From Candidatus Uhrbacteria bacterium (GTDB taxonomy: Bacteria > Patescibacteriota > Patescibacteriia > UBA9934 > GWF2-40-263), in the NCBI GenBank assembly GCA_016219925.1, contig JACRJU010000012.1, forward strand, positions 6,723 to 70,722: a stretch of DNA of 64,000 nt, given 5' to 3'. The position numbers and the translations under genes were made by a program. Positions 48,438-58,321 of this stretch are shown here, piece by piece; the first letter of the stretch is position 1, and every line of letters begins with the position of its first letter. The notes under the pieces were generated by a model that saw only the letters and a list, made by a program, of their open reading frames with translations, ran no database searches and was not told the origin of the DNA.

Positions 48438-50216
48438 TCATTCTAAGACGCTCATGCGGGAAAAATAAGAGTTTGAATTCTGAAGGAGCTCCTGTGGAGT
48501 TCCTTCTTCTCCTATACATCCATCTGTCATGGCCAAGACTCGATCCGCCGTGCTTAAAAGGGAAAGACGATGCGTCACCATGATGATAGTGACCGTCCCC
48601 TTGAGTGAGCGAATAGTTTCATGGATTCGTTTTTCGGAATCGTTATCAAGGGCGCTCGTTGCTTCGTCGAGAATCAGGAGCTCTGGTCGGCACGCGAGCG
48701 CGCGAGCCAAGACGACTCGTTGTCGCTGTCCCGTTGAGAGACCAGCACCGAATTCACCAATCTCTGTATCCAAACCGTCTTTCAGCGTCTGGACGAACTC
48801 ATCGACGTGGGCCAGGCTTACCGCCCACGCCACGTCTTCGTCACTGACGGTTTCGTCATAAAAGCGAATGTTTTGTCGGATGGTTCCACGAACAAGAAAC
48901 AGATCCTGGGGGACATAGGCGACTTTTTTTCTCCATTGGTTCACGTCGATTTCCTGAATGGGTTGTTGATCTATCGTGATCTCGCCGGCTTGTGGGGTGA
49001 TGAGTCGTAGCAGGAGGTCTACGAGAGTGGTCTTCCCGGACCCGGACGGTCCAATGATGCCAACTGCTTCTCCTTTTTTGACCCGGAAGGTAATTTCAGA
49101 CAGAGTTTGTTTTTCTTCCGAGTAGTTGAAACGAATATGTTGACAGATAAGTTCCTTCTGGAAGAGAAATGGGTTTTGGCCAGACGGATATTCTTTGTGT
49201 GTTTCGGCGAGACTTCGGTAGTGCAGATTGCTCTCAAGGTGGGGAATTTGGTCGCTGATTTTTTGAACCTTGTCTTGTATGGCCTCGATATTTTTGAAAA
49301 TTTGGTGAACCAGATACATCGTGACGGCGAATGCGCTGAATTGAAAGTTCGATAATTTGTAGACGAGGGCAAATATGATCAGAACAAAGATGACAATGGC
49401 CGGCTGAGAAAAGATCGTCCCCAGTCCCGAGTAGACGAACAACTTGATGCGAGCCATTTTAAGTGCGCGAAAAATGTCGTCCGAGGAATCGATGACGAGG
49501 GAGGGGGTGGCACGTGTTTTGAATGATTTGATGCCGATGAGAGTCTGGTTGATCATGTGGGCAATCCGCTTGTTGTTTTCCGTGAATGTTCGGGAGATGG
49601 AGGCTGTTTTTCGATAGATCGGTTTGAACGCGAAGAAGAAGACGGCGCCTCCAGTCAGGGCGGTCAGTGTCACGGACCAGGAGATGCTCAGTGCAATGAG
49701 TGAGTAGATGATGAGGTTTGTTATAGCCAAGATGGCATTGCTAGAGTTTTTCAGAAGAGCGGTCGACGTGGCGATGTCCGAGGTCATGACTTGATCTAGG
49801 TATCCAATTTTTTGGTGGGTAAGGAAGAGCCAATCGGCTTGAAGGAGCTTTTTAAAGAGCGCGGAACGCTCGGTATATTCATACGCCGCGGTTATTCTGG
49901 CATTGATATAATGAAACAGAAAGAGCAAACCTGCTTTGAGGACGAAGAGCGTCGAAATAAAGAGGAAGAGATTTTTGACGGTAAGGGCGATATGGAGGAA
50001 CGAAAAAAAGTCGGTAATGTTTTCTGTGATGAAGTTTGCTTGGATGGAGGCATCCTGGAGGACAATCCCCAAGAGGGGGATCAGGGCGTTAATCCCGACT
50101 CCTTCCAGAAGGGCTCCGAAAATTCCCAGGAGGACCAGGACAGCCAGTTTTTTTTTGTAGCGCTTAAATCCACTTAGGATTACGCGGATAAGGTGGGGGA
50201 GAGCAGATGATTTCAT
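48438..50216 (-). CDS. ABC exporter, fused permease/ATPase (MsbA/PglK-like glycan flippase)
   Basis: N-terminal TM domain; GPSGSGKT, LSTGQRQR, ILDEATSALD. Confidence 0.88.
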   Translation of the reverse strand: MKSSALPHLIRVILSGFKRYKKKLAVLVLLGIFGALLEGVGINALIPLLGIVLQDASIQANFITENITDFFSFLHIALTVKNLFLFISTLFVLKAGLLFLFHYINARITAAYEYTERSALFKKLLQADWLFLTHQKIGYLDQVMTSDIATSTALLKNSSNAILAITNLIIYSLIALSISWSVTLTALTGGAVFFFAFKPIYRKTASISRTFTENNKRIAHMINQTLIGIKSFKTRATPSLVIDSSDDIFRALKMARIKLFVYSGLGTIFSQPAIVIFVLIIFALVYKLSNFQFSAFAVTMYLVHQIFKNIEAIQDKVQKISDQIPHLESNLHYRSLAETHKEYPSGQNPFLFQKELICQHIRFNYSEEKQTLSEITFRVKKGEAVGIIGPSGSGKTTLVDLLLRLITPQAGEITIDQQPIQEIDVNQWRKKVAYVPQDLFLVRGTIRQNIRFYDETVSDEDVAWAVSLAHVDEFVQTLKDGLDTEIGEFGAGLSTGQRQRVVLARALACRPELLILDEATSALDNDSEKRIHETIRSLKGTVTIIMVTHRLSLLSTADRVLAMTDGCIGEEGTPQELLQNSNSYFSRMSVLE

Positions 50217-50220
50217 AGGG

Positions 50221-51297
50221 TCAAGCGGGGATTTCTTTGAGGGGCTGTAGAGCTTGTATTGGAAGTAGATGCTTGAGCATACTCAATCCCCAGACAAACA
50301 TCACGGTACCATGAATATCTGGTTCGTTCAGACCGAGGCTTACCTTTGCGCTGTAATAGCGTTCATTTGCCCGACCTTGATGAAATGAGAAGCCACCAAG
50401 TTCAGAATAAAAATAGGCTCGCCATTGGTCGAGTGCTTCCAGGCAGAACGACTGGAGATCTTCCTGTCGGTAGCGGCCGTCGAGGAGTTGGTTGCTGTGA
50501 CGTAGAACGAAGACTTGATTTATTTGGTCACAGGCGTCGTCCGTGTTGTAAGTATGTTTGGTCAGACACAGGTCGATGAGACGATCGGGGTGATCAAAGG
50601 GGAGGGGGTCAACCATAAGTCCCGAGATCACCTTCATAGCCCCATTGATTTTTTGGCGGTGCGATGGATTCCCCACGTACCACGCGCCGTCCTTATGCTG
50701 GAGAGAGGCGATAAACGTGACGGCGGTATCTCGTGCTTGTCGGTACGTTGCTTCGTCGATTCGATTCGCCTTTCGCATCAGCGTAAGAAAAAACATCAGA
50801 TGGCTAAAATGACTTCCCGCGCCCCAAGGGTGAGACCAATCCAGACGGGAGAGGAATCGGTGAATGTCTGCAGGAGTCGTTGGGACATCGGTGAGGATGT
50901 GTTTTGGAATGACATCGTAAAGAAGCAGGGCACAGTAGGCTTGTCTGGTTTCCGCGCGAATGTATCCAGCGTTCCCTAAATTATGAAGGTCCCCTCGTTT
51001 CAAGTTCGATAAGACATGGCGCACGAGCCTTCTTCTTGCGACGAATGGATCAGAGAAGGTTCCATCAGATTGTTGAAAGGAAAGAATTCGATCGATCGTG
51101 GGTTGGATCTTGGACGGATCTGTTTCTCCAAACATCGCAAAGAGTTTGAGCGCGAAGACGCTTCCGGCCAGATTTGATCTGGCGTAATTCGTGAACACAT
51201 CACTTGTCAGTGAGTAACGATAGTATCCATCCGTTTCGTGGAGCTTCTCAAGGAAGGATAGTGTTTTTGGTTTAAGCATGCTCAGCCAGTCTGTCAT
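50221..51297 (-). CDS. Hypothetical protein, possibly an alpha/alpha-toroid (prenyltransferase/cyclase-repeat-like) fold
   Basis: Repeats QQSDGTF, LQHKDGAW, GGFSF; PDIHGT; translationally coupled within the glycan operon. Confidence 0.5.
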   Translation of the reverse strand: MTDWLSMLKPKTLSFLEKLHETDGYYRYSLTSDVFTNYARSNLAGSVFALKLFAMFGETDPSKIQPTIDRILSFQQSDGTFSDPFVARRRLVRHVLSNLKRGDLHNLGNAGYIRAETRQAYCALLLYDVIPKHILTDVPTTPADIHRFLSRLDWSHPWGAGSHFSHLMFFLTLMRKANRIDEATYRQARDTAVTFIASLQHKDGAWYVGNPSHRQKINGAMKVISGLMVDPLPFDHPDRLIDLCLTKHTYNTDDACDQINQVFVLRHSNQLLDGRYRQEDLQSFCLEALDQWRAYFYSELGGFSFHQGRANERYYSAKVSLGLNEPDIHGTVMFVWGLSMLKHLLPIQALQPLKEIPA

Positions 51298-52430
51298 AGA
51301 GTTGTTCCTTTCGTGTTGAGATGAGAAACAATCGCAAACAGATTGTTTACATACCGATTCCAGGTAAGGTGCATGAGGGCAGTCCGTCGTGCATAGATCC
51401 CAACTTCAGCTCTTCGTTCTGGGTGCTCGATCAGAAAGAGCATCGCCGTAAGGAGTTCGAGTTCATCTTCGGGTTTCACCAAAAAACAATTTATCCCGTT
51501 TTGTAAGTGGTAGCCATTTTTTATGGCCCCTGTTTGGCTCACAAGAACTGACTTACCCATTGCCATACCTTGAAGAAGAGTTGTGGTTCCGCCAGAGTAA
51601 GAGTTTTCCTTCAATGGAATAACGACAAAGAGTGCTTGTGCGATGAGGGTCTTTACTTCTGGAAAAGGAATATCCGTCATGGTTCGGATATTTTTTGGGA
51701 GAGTTCTCCAGGTTTGCTTCAGTTGGGCTAATCGTCGTGCGGTCGTCACAATGAGGATATCGCTGGGGATTTTATTGGCGATTTTGACGAGGAGATCAAA
51801 GTCCCTATTTGGATCTGCTCCGATGCAAAGGATAAACGTATCGGATGCTTTTGTGGGTGTAGGTTTGAAGTAGTTTGTATCTACCCCAAATGGGATAAAG
51901 GTAATCGCTGAAGCCATGGAAGGAAGGAGCTGTTGTAATTTTTCTTTTTCTTCAAACCCGTAACAGATGATTTTGTTTACGCATCTTTTGAAGGCGGCTC
52001 TGTACAATTTTGGCATGCCGTATCGGAGTTGTTGGAGTCGTTCCAGTAACCCGATGCTGATATAGATAATAGGTCGTCTTGGGATAACTCGAGCGTAAGT
52101 CAAAAGGACAAGAGGGAGTCCGACCCGGTCAGCCGTCGAGAGGACAACATCAGAGTTCGCGATACGCCTTCGAAGCTTGATCACTTTGTACCAAGACCCT
52201 CCGACTCCCCCCAAGACAGACCAGCAGATGTTTATAAATCGGTCTGTAATCCTCCCGAAGATTCCTTTCTCAATTTTTTCGCAGATGTCGAAATCGTTTA
52301 CCGTCTCATGGCCATAATTTGACGCGACATCCATTCCATAATGATCATAAAATTGTCCGACAAATCGACCATCGTTTCTTCGCGTTGGTTTTCGTAAGGT
52401 GGAATTTGGAAACAGATAGAAAATTTTCAT
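51294..52430 (-). CDS. Glycosyltransferase family 4-like
   Basis: FGVDTNYF, IGADPNRD, SGGTTTLLQGMAMGK. Confidence 0.8.
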   Translation of the reverse strand: MKIFYLFPNSTLRKPTRRNDGRFVGQFYDHYGMDVASNYGHETVNDFDICEKIEKGIFGRITDRFINICWSVLGGVGGSWYKVIKLRRRIANSDVVLSTADRVGLPLVLLTYARVIPRRPIIYISIGLLERLQQLRYGMPKLYRAAFKRCVNKIICYGFEEKEKLQQLLPSMASAITFIPFGVDTNYFKPTPTKASDTFILCIGADPNRDFDLLVKIANKIPSDILIVTTARRLAQLKQTWRTLPKNIRTMTDIPFPEVKTLIAQALFVVIPLKENSYSGGTTTLLQGMAMGKSVLVSQTGAIKNGYHLQNGINCFLVKPEDELELLTAMLFLIEHPERRAEVGIYARRTALMHLTWNRYVNNLFAIVSHLNTKGTTL

Positions 52431-53038
52431 ACTTTCTCCGCCACGATCTTCATCATCATCGTTTTATCATGGTGCGGAAAGTCATACTCCTGTTCCAGGA
52501 TATGAGTGAACCCTACATCCTGTAGAAGTAATTTGTATCTTTCAAAATCAACAATGCACAAGTGTATATCATATTCATCCTTGAGTGCGCCATGGAGATA
52601 CCGAAGAACCATATCGTCACAGCCGTTGATGTGGTAGTAGGAAACTATTTTTTTAAGTGACGGGATTCCTAGTTCAACTATTCCATGTGTTTTTAACACG
52701 CGATTGAACTCCCCTAATATTTTTTTTGAATCGACGATATTAAAATGCTCTAAGGTTGCAATAGAGACGATGTTATCGATTGATTCTGTTTCAAAAGGAA
52801 GGGGGTTGTGAAGATTGGTTACAACATCAACGGTTGGATAGTCCAGGATATCGACATTGAGATATTTCGGATTCAGGGGATGTTTTCCCCCACAAATTTC
52901 AAGAACTTTTTTTTCTTCATTTTGAAACATCCTAAGTTTATAGGTACGTTTCAAGCGAACAACGTTTCGGCTAATTGGATTCTTGGAGGCAAGGATAGAG
53001 AGAAGACTCTTTTTTAGGACTGTGAAGAATTTTTTCAT
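52427..53038 (-). CDS. SAM methyltransferase-like protein
   Basis: LEICGG, YLNVD, LPF, TLEH, RVLK..G. Confidence 0.75.
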   Translation of the reverse strand: MKKFFTVLKKSLLSILASKNPISRNVVRLKRTYKLRMFQNEEKKVLEICGGKHPLNPKYLNVDILDYPTVDVVTNLHNPLPFETESIDNIVSIATLEHFNIVDSKKILGEFNRVLKTHGIVELGIPSLKKIVSYYHINGCDDMVLRYLHGALKDEYDIHLCIVDFERYKLLLQDVGFTHILEQEYDFPHHDKTMMMKIVAEKV

Positions 53039-53769
53039 ACGGCAAGATGCGCGACGACAACATAATATCTTGGTTCATATCCTGCCCCAAAGGGGATAAC
53101 TTCCGCACTCTGTGTTCGGTCATAGATCGCAAAACGATGTCCCCTAAGTCGTTCCAGAAAAGAGATCGATTTTCTTACAAGAACATTGGATAAAATCTTT
53201 CTTCTCACTCTTTGTCCACGAATAGCAGTCGCCTGAAACCCATGCTGATGTAACAGATCAATGAGCTCGTTCAGACGATACTCTCTAAAGTGATGGGTAT
53301 TTTTAGGAGTGATCGACCCTGGAGAGGTGATGCGTTTATTGGGGGTCGAAATAATCAGTGTGCCGGACGGTTTTAGTAGGCGGTACAATTCTTTTAGATA
53401 GAGATCTCTTTCATGATCATTCAGATGCTCAATAGTCTCGAAAGATACGATTACATCAAAAAATTTTTCTTCAAAGTTTAGGTTGGTCGCATTCCCGCAT
53501 CGGTACTCAAGCCTTTGGCCCGAGTAGTGTTGTTTTGCATAGTTGATAACATCCTGAGACAAGTCGACTCCGTAGACAAAAAAAGCTCCAACCTCTCCCA
53601 TCATTTTTGTTCCATAACCGACCCCACAAGCTACATCTAGAACCGTTTTTCCTTTAACAAAATCTTTCGCGAATTGATATCGAGCCAGATGTTCTTCTTC
53701 GGTTTTTTCAGGGGACTTTCCGGGGATCATTTGTTCACCGGAAAAAAGAATGTTTTGAGGTGAGGGCAT
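53035..53769 (-). CDS. Class I SAM methyltransferase
   Basis: EHLARY, VLDVACGVGYG, SFETIEH, ISTPN. Confidence 0.9.
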   Translation of the reverse strand: MPSPQNILFSGEQMIPGKSPEKTEEEHLARYQFAKDFVKGKTVLDVACGVGYGTKMMGEVGAFFVYGVDLSQDVINYAKQHYSGQRLEYRCGNATNLNFEEKFFDVIVSFETIEHLNDHERDLYLKELYRLLKPSGTLIISTPNKRITSPGSITPKNTHHFREYRLNELIDLLHQHGFQATAIRGQRVRRKILSNVLVRKSISFLERLRGHRFAIYDRTQSAEVIPFGAGYEPRYYVVVAHLAV

Positions 53770-54808
53770 AGGTGAGATCAAACAGGTCCTTTGTGACCTT
53801 TTTTGGAGTGAGATTTTTTTGAAAAAATAGGTATCCAGCTTCGGAAATTTTTTCTAGAAGTTCTGGAGCCTCTGTGAGTTCCAAAATTTTTTCTGCAAGA
53901 GCTTTTGGATCCGCCATATTGACCAGAAATATTTCCTGATTGTCTGTAAGGAGCTCTCGTATTGCCGGGGAGTCACCTGTGATGCACGGACACTTTGAAG
54001 CAAGGGCCTCATAAACTTTGTTTGGGATGACGCGTTTCGCTTTTTGTGTGTTTCCGAATATACCCAAACAGACGTTGGCGTGACTCATTAAGGTCCCCAA
54101 GTCTCTGTATGGCACGTTGTCGGTGAATGTGACATTTGTGACTTGAAGCTGTTCCGCCATATACCGAATAGATGCATACGTTTGTCCTTGCCCTATAATA
54201 TTGAAGCGAATGTTTTTTTGTTCAAGCATTTTAGCTGCTTGGATAATGTATTCAATTCCTTGAAGTGGAATAAATGTCCCATGAAAGTGGATAGTGAATA
54301 CCGTATCTCTTATTTGTTTCTTTTTAGGGAATATCATTCGGTCGTCCGAGCCGACGAGGACTCGTTGAAATTTTTCTCGTTCAATTCTGAATGTTTTTAC
54401 GAAATAGTCGATGTGTGTTTTCGTGTCTAATAGTACCTTATCAGCTAATCGACACGAGAAGTAATCTTGAAGCCAGTAGTAAATACTTCTTAGGCTTCTT
54501 GGTTTTGCATAGGTTCTATCAAAAATACGCGAGTCATATACTGAGATGAACGCATCAAAAATAAGAGGCTTTCGAGATAAGATCCAAGCGAGAAAAATGA
54601 CCCGTTGTCCTGGGTAACCGACGAGCATGATGTCATACTGATTTCTGAGTACCCAGTACTTCTTGAGTAAATCGACATATTTCCTTAGGCCAGTTTGTTT
54701 TGAATGACACCGAATAATCTTCGCTCCATTTTCTTCAAGTCCTCGAATGAGGATTCTACTTCGAGAATACTCAGGGTCGTAAATCCCAAAGTAACAAATA
54801 GTCATCAT
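53735..54808 (-). CDS. Glycosyltransferase family 4
   Basis: FHGTFIPLQG, LGIFG, PNKVYEALA. Confidence 0.85.
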   Translation of the reverse strand: MMTICYFGIYDPEYSRSRILIRGLEENGAKIIRCHSKQTGLRKYVDLLKKYWVLRNQYDIMLVGYPGQRVIFLAWILSRKPLIFDAFISVYDSRIFDRTYAKPRSLRSIYYWLQDYFSCRLADKVLLDTKTHIDYFVKTFRIEREKFQRVLVGSDDRMIFPKKKQIRDTVFTIHFHGTFIPLQGIEYIIQAAKMLEQKNIRFNIIGQGQTYASIRYMAEQLQVTNVTFTDNVPYRDLGTLMSHANVCLGIFGNTQKAKRVIPNKVYEALASKCPCITGDSPAIRELLTDNQEIFLVNMADPKALAEKILELTEAPELLEKISEAGYLFFQKNLTPKKVTKDLFDLTYALTSKHSFFR

Positions 54809-54814
54809 ACATCC

Positions 54815-55864
54815 CTAGTTAAACCAAGAAAGCCATGTGAGTTTCAGTCGCATGTTGAATTGTCGGGAAGTAAGAAAGAGCCGGTGAGATCGTTGGGGGA
54901 GGAGGTCTGTTTTTTGAGAAATGAGTTGTTCGAACAGGTGTATATAGTCATGACACATCGCTTCGCTTGAAAAAGGATATCGTTCAAGTTGTTGTGTATA
55001 GAAGTCGTAGTTGTTGAGAAGGTTTGTAAGGCTTACTTCGACATCTTTTGGTCCCTCAAAGCCAACCCCATAGTCCTGGCAGTACTCTGGTAGGGCGCCG
55101 CTTATACGGAATAAGATCGGCAAACCGCACAATGTGGCTTCGATGTGGTGCATCCCCGCCGGCTCGTTAAGAGAGGCAGAGATATACACGTCATGTCGGT
55201 GGAGCTCTTGTGCAAGCTCGGCTCCCGACAGGGGAGGAATGACATGGATGGCCTTGAGGGGGGTCTTCGCGGGGACATTTCCGATATACGTGAATTCGAG
55301 TTGTTCGCCGAGGTTGGTTGTGGCGAGCAAGTGGTCAAGGTGCATGTAGACATCCCATCCCTTGTTCCAGTTCGCGCTCCAGTGGTGTGTGACCAGTCGA
55401 ATTTTTCGGTCCATTGGGAGGTGTTTTTTTTGATAGGTAAAGATCGAACGATCGCCTCCATTTTTTATCACAGAGATGTTCTTTGTGAAGGGATTTTGTT
55501 TTCGGTGTAGCTGTTCAAGCCAGGCAGAGATAAAGATGGTGTGGTCCATGATTTCGTTCGCGGCAGAGAGCAGTCGATTAAGACGGTGGGTTCCTTTGCG
55601 TTCATCACATTCGTTTACTCGCTGGACGAGCAGAACCGATGGGTTGATGTCGTGGACATAACGCATGATCTGGAGCGGACCGAAAGCAACGGACGACAGG
55701 GATGTCCGCGGATCCGTCATGAGAATAAGATCAAGGTCCGGTTGATGCAGGTCAAAGAACACCTCATGGCCATGCTCGCGCAGGTATTGGGTGAGGAGTT
55801 TACCGAACTGGTTTCCCCCTCCAAACGCTCCTTCTTGGATGTGCATGCCGATAGCAATCTTCAT
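54815..55864 (-). CDS. Glycosyltransferase (GT4-like)
   Basis: GGGNQF, HHWSANWNKG, NEPAGMHHIEA. Confidence 0.75.
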   Translation of the reverse strand: MKIAIGMHIQEGAFGGGNQFGKLLTQYLREHGHEVFFDLHQPDLDLILMTDPRTSLSSVAFGPLQIMRYVHDINPSVLLVQRVNECDERKGTHRLNRLLSAANEIMDHTIFISAWLEQLHRKQNPFTKNISVIKNGGDRSIFTYQKKHLPMDRKIRLVTHHWSANWNKGWDVYMHLDHLLATTNLGEQLEFTYIGNVPAKTPLKAIHVIPPLSGAELAQELHRHDVYISASLNEPAGMHHIEATLCGLPILFRISGALPEYCQDYGVGFEGPKDVEVSLTNLLNNYDFYTQQLERYPFSSEAMCHDYIHLFEQLISQKTDLLPQRSHRLFLTSRQFNMRLKLTWLSWFN

Positions 55865-56916
55865 ACGTATAAAGATTCAGAATATCGTCGGGCGATTTTT
55901 TTCCAATCAAAGGAGGGGATACCCGCTAAGGCATGCGAGACCAGTCGATTGCGTAGACCCGCATCTTTCAGGAGATGCTGCACGACTTGTGATAGTCCAA
56001 GGCTATCCGTTGCGGCCAGGAGAACGGTTTCCATATTGACCGCGATATCTGACACCATTCCCACACGCGTGGATACGACCGGCACACCACTGGCCCAAGC
56101 TTCAAGCAAGGATTTTGGACCACCCTCCAGACGCGACGTAATGAGGTAGAGATCCAGCGTATGATACATCATCGGTAACTGTGTTGTGTCTTGCAGATAG
56201 GTATGGATGTAGTCAATCTCGAGCTCGTCGAGTCGGTGTTTCACATATCCACGTGCTGGACCTGTGAGGAGAATGAGTGGACGGCGGTCTTTCAGTCGAG
56301 CGATCGTTTCAACCAGGACGTCAGGGCCTTTGATGAGTTTGGGTTCAAGCCCCTCGCCCCACCCCACTCCATCTTTTTGAAATGATCCAATAACGAGACG
56401 ATCAGGATCAATTCCGAGACGTTTACGTATTTCGCGTTTTTGTTCCTGGATTACAGGAGTAAACAATGTTGTATCGACTCCCAGAGGAATGACGACGACT
56501 TTGTGCTCGTCAATTCCCGCCGCCACGAGCGTTTGTTTCGTGGATTCGCAGGAGGTGTGGATGACGTCGACTTCTTGTTGCACTTGGGCGAGTCGCTCCA
56601 GTCGTGGGTCTCCCTCTTCTACGTGGAACCAGGTGAGGACGATGCGATTAGATGGATGGGGACGGTTCCAGCCAGTCTTGGTGAAGAACGTGTTGATAGA
56701 GCCAAAGTGTACGATCTGGTTTTCAATGAGACACGGGCAATAGGTGATACGCGCGCGGATGAGACCTTGTTGATTTAGAGCGTGCGTGATCGATTCACCA
56801 TCATGTTTGATCGACCAATCGTATGTCTCAACGATGTAGGCCAACGTGAATCCGCGCCATCCTGAAGTCAGATTGCCGATGATGCCTGTTAGTCGAAGGA
56901 GAATACGTTTGATCAT
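55861..56916 (-). CDS. Glycosyltransferase family 4
   Basis: IPLGVD, KGPD, EGGPKSLLEAWASGVPVVST. Confidence 0.88.
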   Translation of the reverse strand: MIKRILLRLTGIIGNLTSGWRGFTLAYIVETYDWSIKHDGESITHALNQQGLIRARITYCPCLIENQIVHFGSINTFFTKTGWNRPHPSNRIVLTWFHVEEGDPRLERLAQVQQEVDVIHTSCESTKQTLVAAGIDEHKVVVIPLGVDTTLFTPVIQEQKREIRKRLGIDPDRLVIGSFQKDGVGWGEGLEPKLIKGPDVLVETIARLKDRRPLILLTGPARGYVKHRLDELEIDYIHTYLQDTTQLPMMYHTLDLYLITSRLEGGPKSLLEAWASGVPVVSTRVGMVSDIAVNMETVLLAATDSLGLSQVVQHLLKDAGLRNRLVSHALAGIPSFDWKKIARRYSESLYV

Positions 56917-57545
56917 GTGTTGGTTGTGACCACGACCGCCCAGATTTCGCCAAACTGAATCGAGGAAGACGCTACGGCGAATCCCGCTTCCTGAAGTTCG
57001 ACCATGAAGCCCGAAAATATGTACTCGGTGAAGTGAGTCGTGTCTAGCCGATATTCGATCCCCAGTTCTTTTTTGTAGAGCGTGATCCAGTCGCGGTCGA
57101 TCATGGGAACGCGAATAAGGAAGAGGGGGGCGAGGTGTTTGATTTTCGACAGAAACTCGACGCGATGTTCGATGTGTTCCAACACGTTTGAGAGGACAAC
57201 GACATCAAATTGTTCGTGGGGCGAAAAGGTCGTCGCATCTTCCACGCGATATGTGAGGTTCTCACGGGCGAACCGATTTGTCCACGCCTCTTGGTTTTTT
57301 GCGTTTAGGTCGATCCCAACGACATGACTCGCTTTGCCTGCTAGGTCATAGGCGAGCGCTCCGTTCCCGCACCCGATATCCAGAACGCGGTCGCTTGAAC
57401 GAACGTGATCGAGGAAAAACTGGTGGTAATTCATCAGCCGATGTTTGGGATGCAAGCCCCCCTCGGTCTTGATGGCGAGGTGGCTTGCAAGTCGGTAACT
57501 GAAGCTGTGGAACCTCAGGGCGAGACGGACGAGGATTTTTTGCAT
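56913..57545 (-). CDS. Class I SAM methyltransferase
   Basis: VLDIGCGNG, SNVLEH, RVP. Confidence 0.88.
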   Translation of the reverse strand: MQKILVRLALRFHSFSYRLASHLAIKTEGGLHPKHRLMNYHQFFLDHVRSSDRVLDIGCGNGALAYDLAGKASHVVGIDLNAKNQEAWTNRFARENLTYRVEDATTFSPHEQFDVVVLSNVLEHIEHRVEFLSKIKHLAPLFLIRVPMIDRDWITLYKKELGIEYRLDTTHFTEYIFSGFMVELQEAGFAVASSSIQFGEIWAVVVTTNT

Positions 57546-58321
57546 ACGAGAAGCAACATATGGCCACAAAGACGAGAGAAGAAAATGGTGAACAGATATC
57601 GGATGGCACGGGCGGATGCTGAACGGCTGTTGTACAGTTTTTGGAGCGGGAGATGGAGGAACGCGATTTCATCCTTGATTCCTTTAAGAGCATCGTAGGG
57701 GTAAGACTCCGCACATGCAAATCCTTGCGTTTCCAGCTCACGAACGACTCGCTCCTTGTCCAGCATAAACTCGTAGAAGGTTGTGGGGTCAGTGGAAGAG
57801 TCAAAGCGTGGGTACAATCCGAAGTGTGCCTTCATTCGACGCAGAGGAGACATCCAGGGGAATGTGAGAAAGAGCGTGCCGGCAGGCTTTAAGACACGGT
57901 GGGCCTCCTTCGTAATCGGAGCGAATCCGTCCCAAAAGTGTTCGATGACGCCCAAGGACCAGTATCCATCAAAAAAGGCGTTGGGAAATGTTGTTGCCCG
58001 AACATCTTGGGCGGAGACTTGGAGAGAGGGGACCAACGCATTGGTTGTTGCAATGGCCTGTTGTGCGTAGTCGACTCCGCATGCGTCGTAGCCCCAGGAT
58101 CTCATCGCGAAGACGACCTGTCCGGTTCCACACCCACCTTCAAGAATGCGCCCACCGGAAGAGAGGTATTTTTTGGTGAAGCGCTCGATGAAGTGGTGTG
58201 TCTTTCCAGAAGAGATATTTTTTTTAAGATCCTTTTGGTTCCATTGTTCATCCCAAGATTCAGGCGTCGCTTCCCGCTGGAATAAAGCAAGTCGTTTGTT
58301 GGTTGGGTCGTAGGCGATCAT
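57515..58321 (-). CDS. Class I SAM methyltransferase
   Basis: ILEGGCGTG, GVDY, SLGVIEHF, RVLKP. Confidence 0.88.
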   Translation of the reverse strand: MIAYDPTNKRLALFQREATPESWDEQWNQKDLKKNISSGKTHHFIERFTKKYLSSGGRILEGGCGTGQVVFAMRSWGYDACGVDYAQQAIATTNALVPSLQVSAQDVRATTFPNAFFDGYWSLGVIEHFWDGFAPITKEAHRVLKPAGTLFLTFPWMSPLRRMKAHFGLYPRFDSSTDPTTFYEFMLDKERVVRELETQGFACAESYPYDALKGIKDEIAFLHLPLQKLYNSRSASARAIRYLFTIFFSRLCGHMLLLVCKKSSSVSP

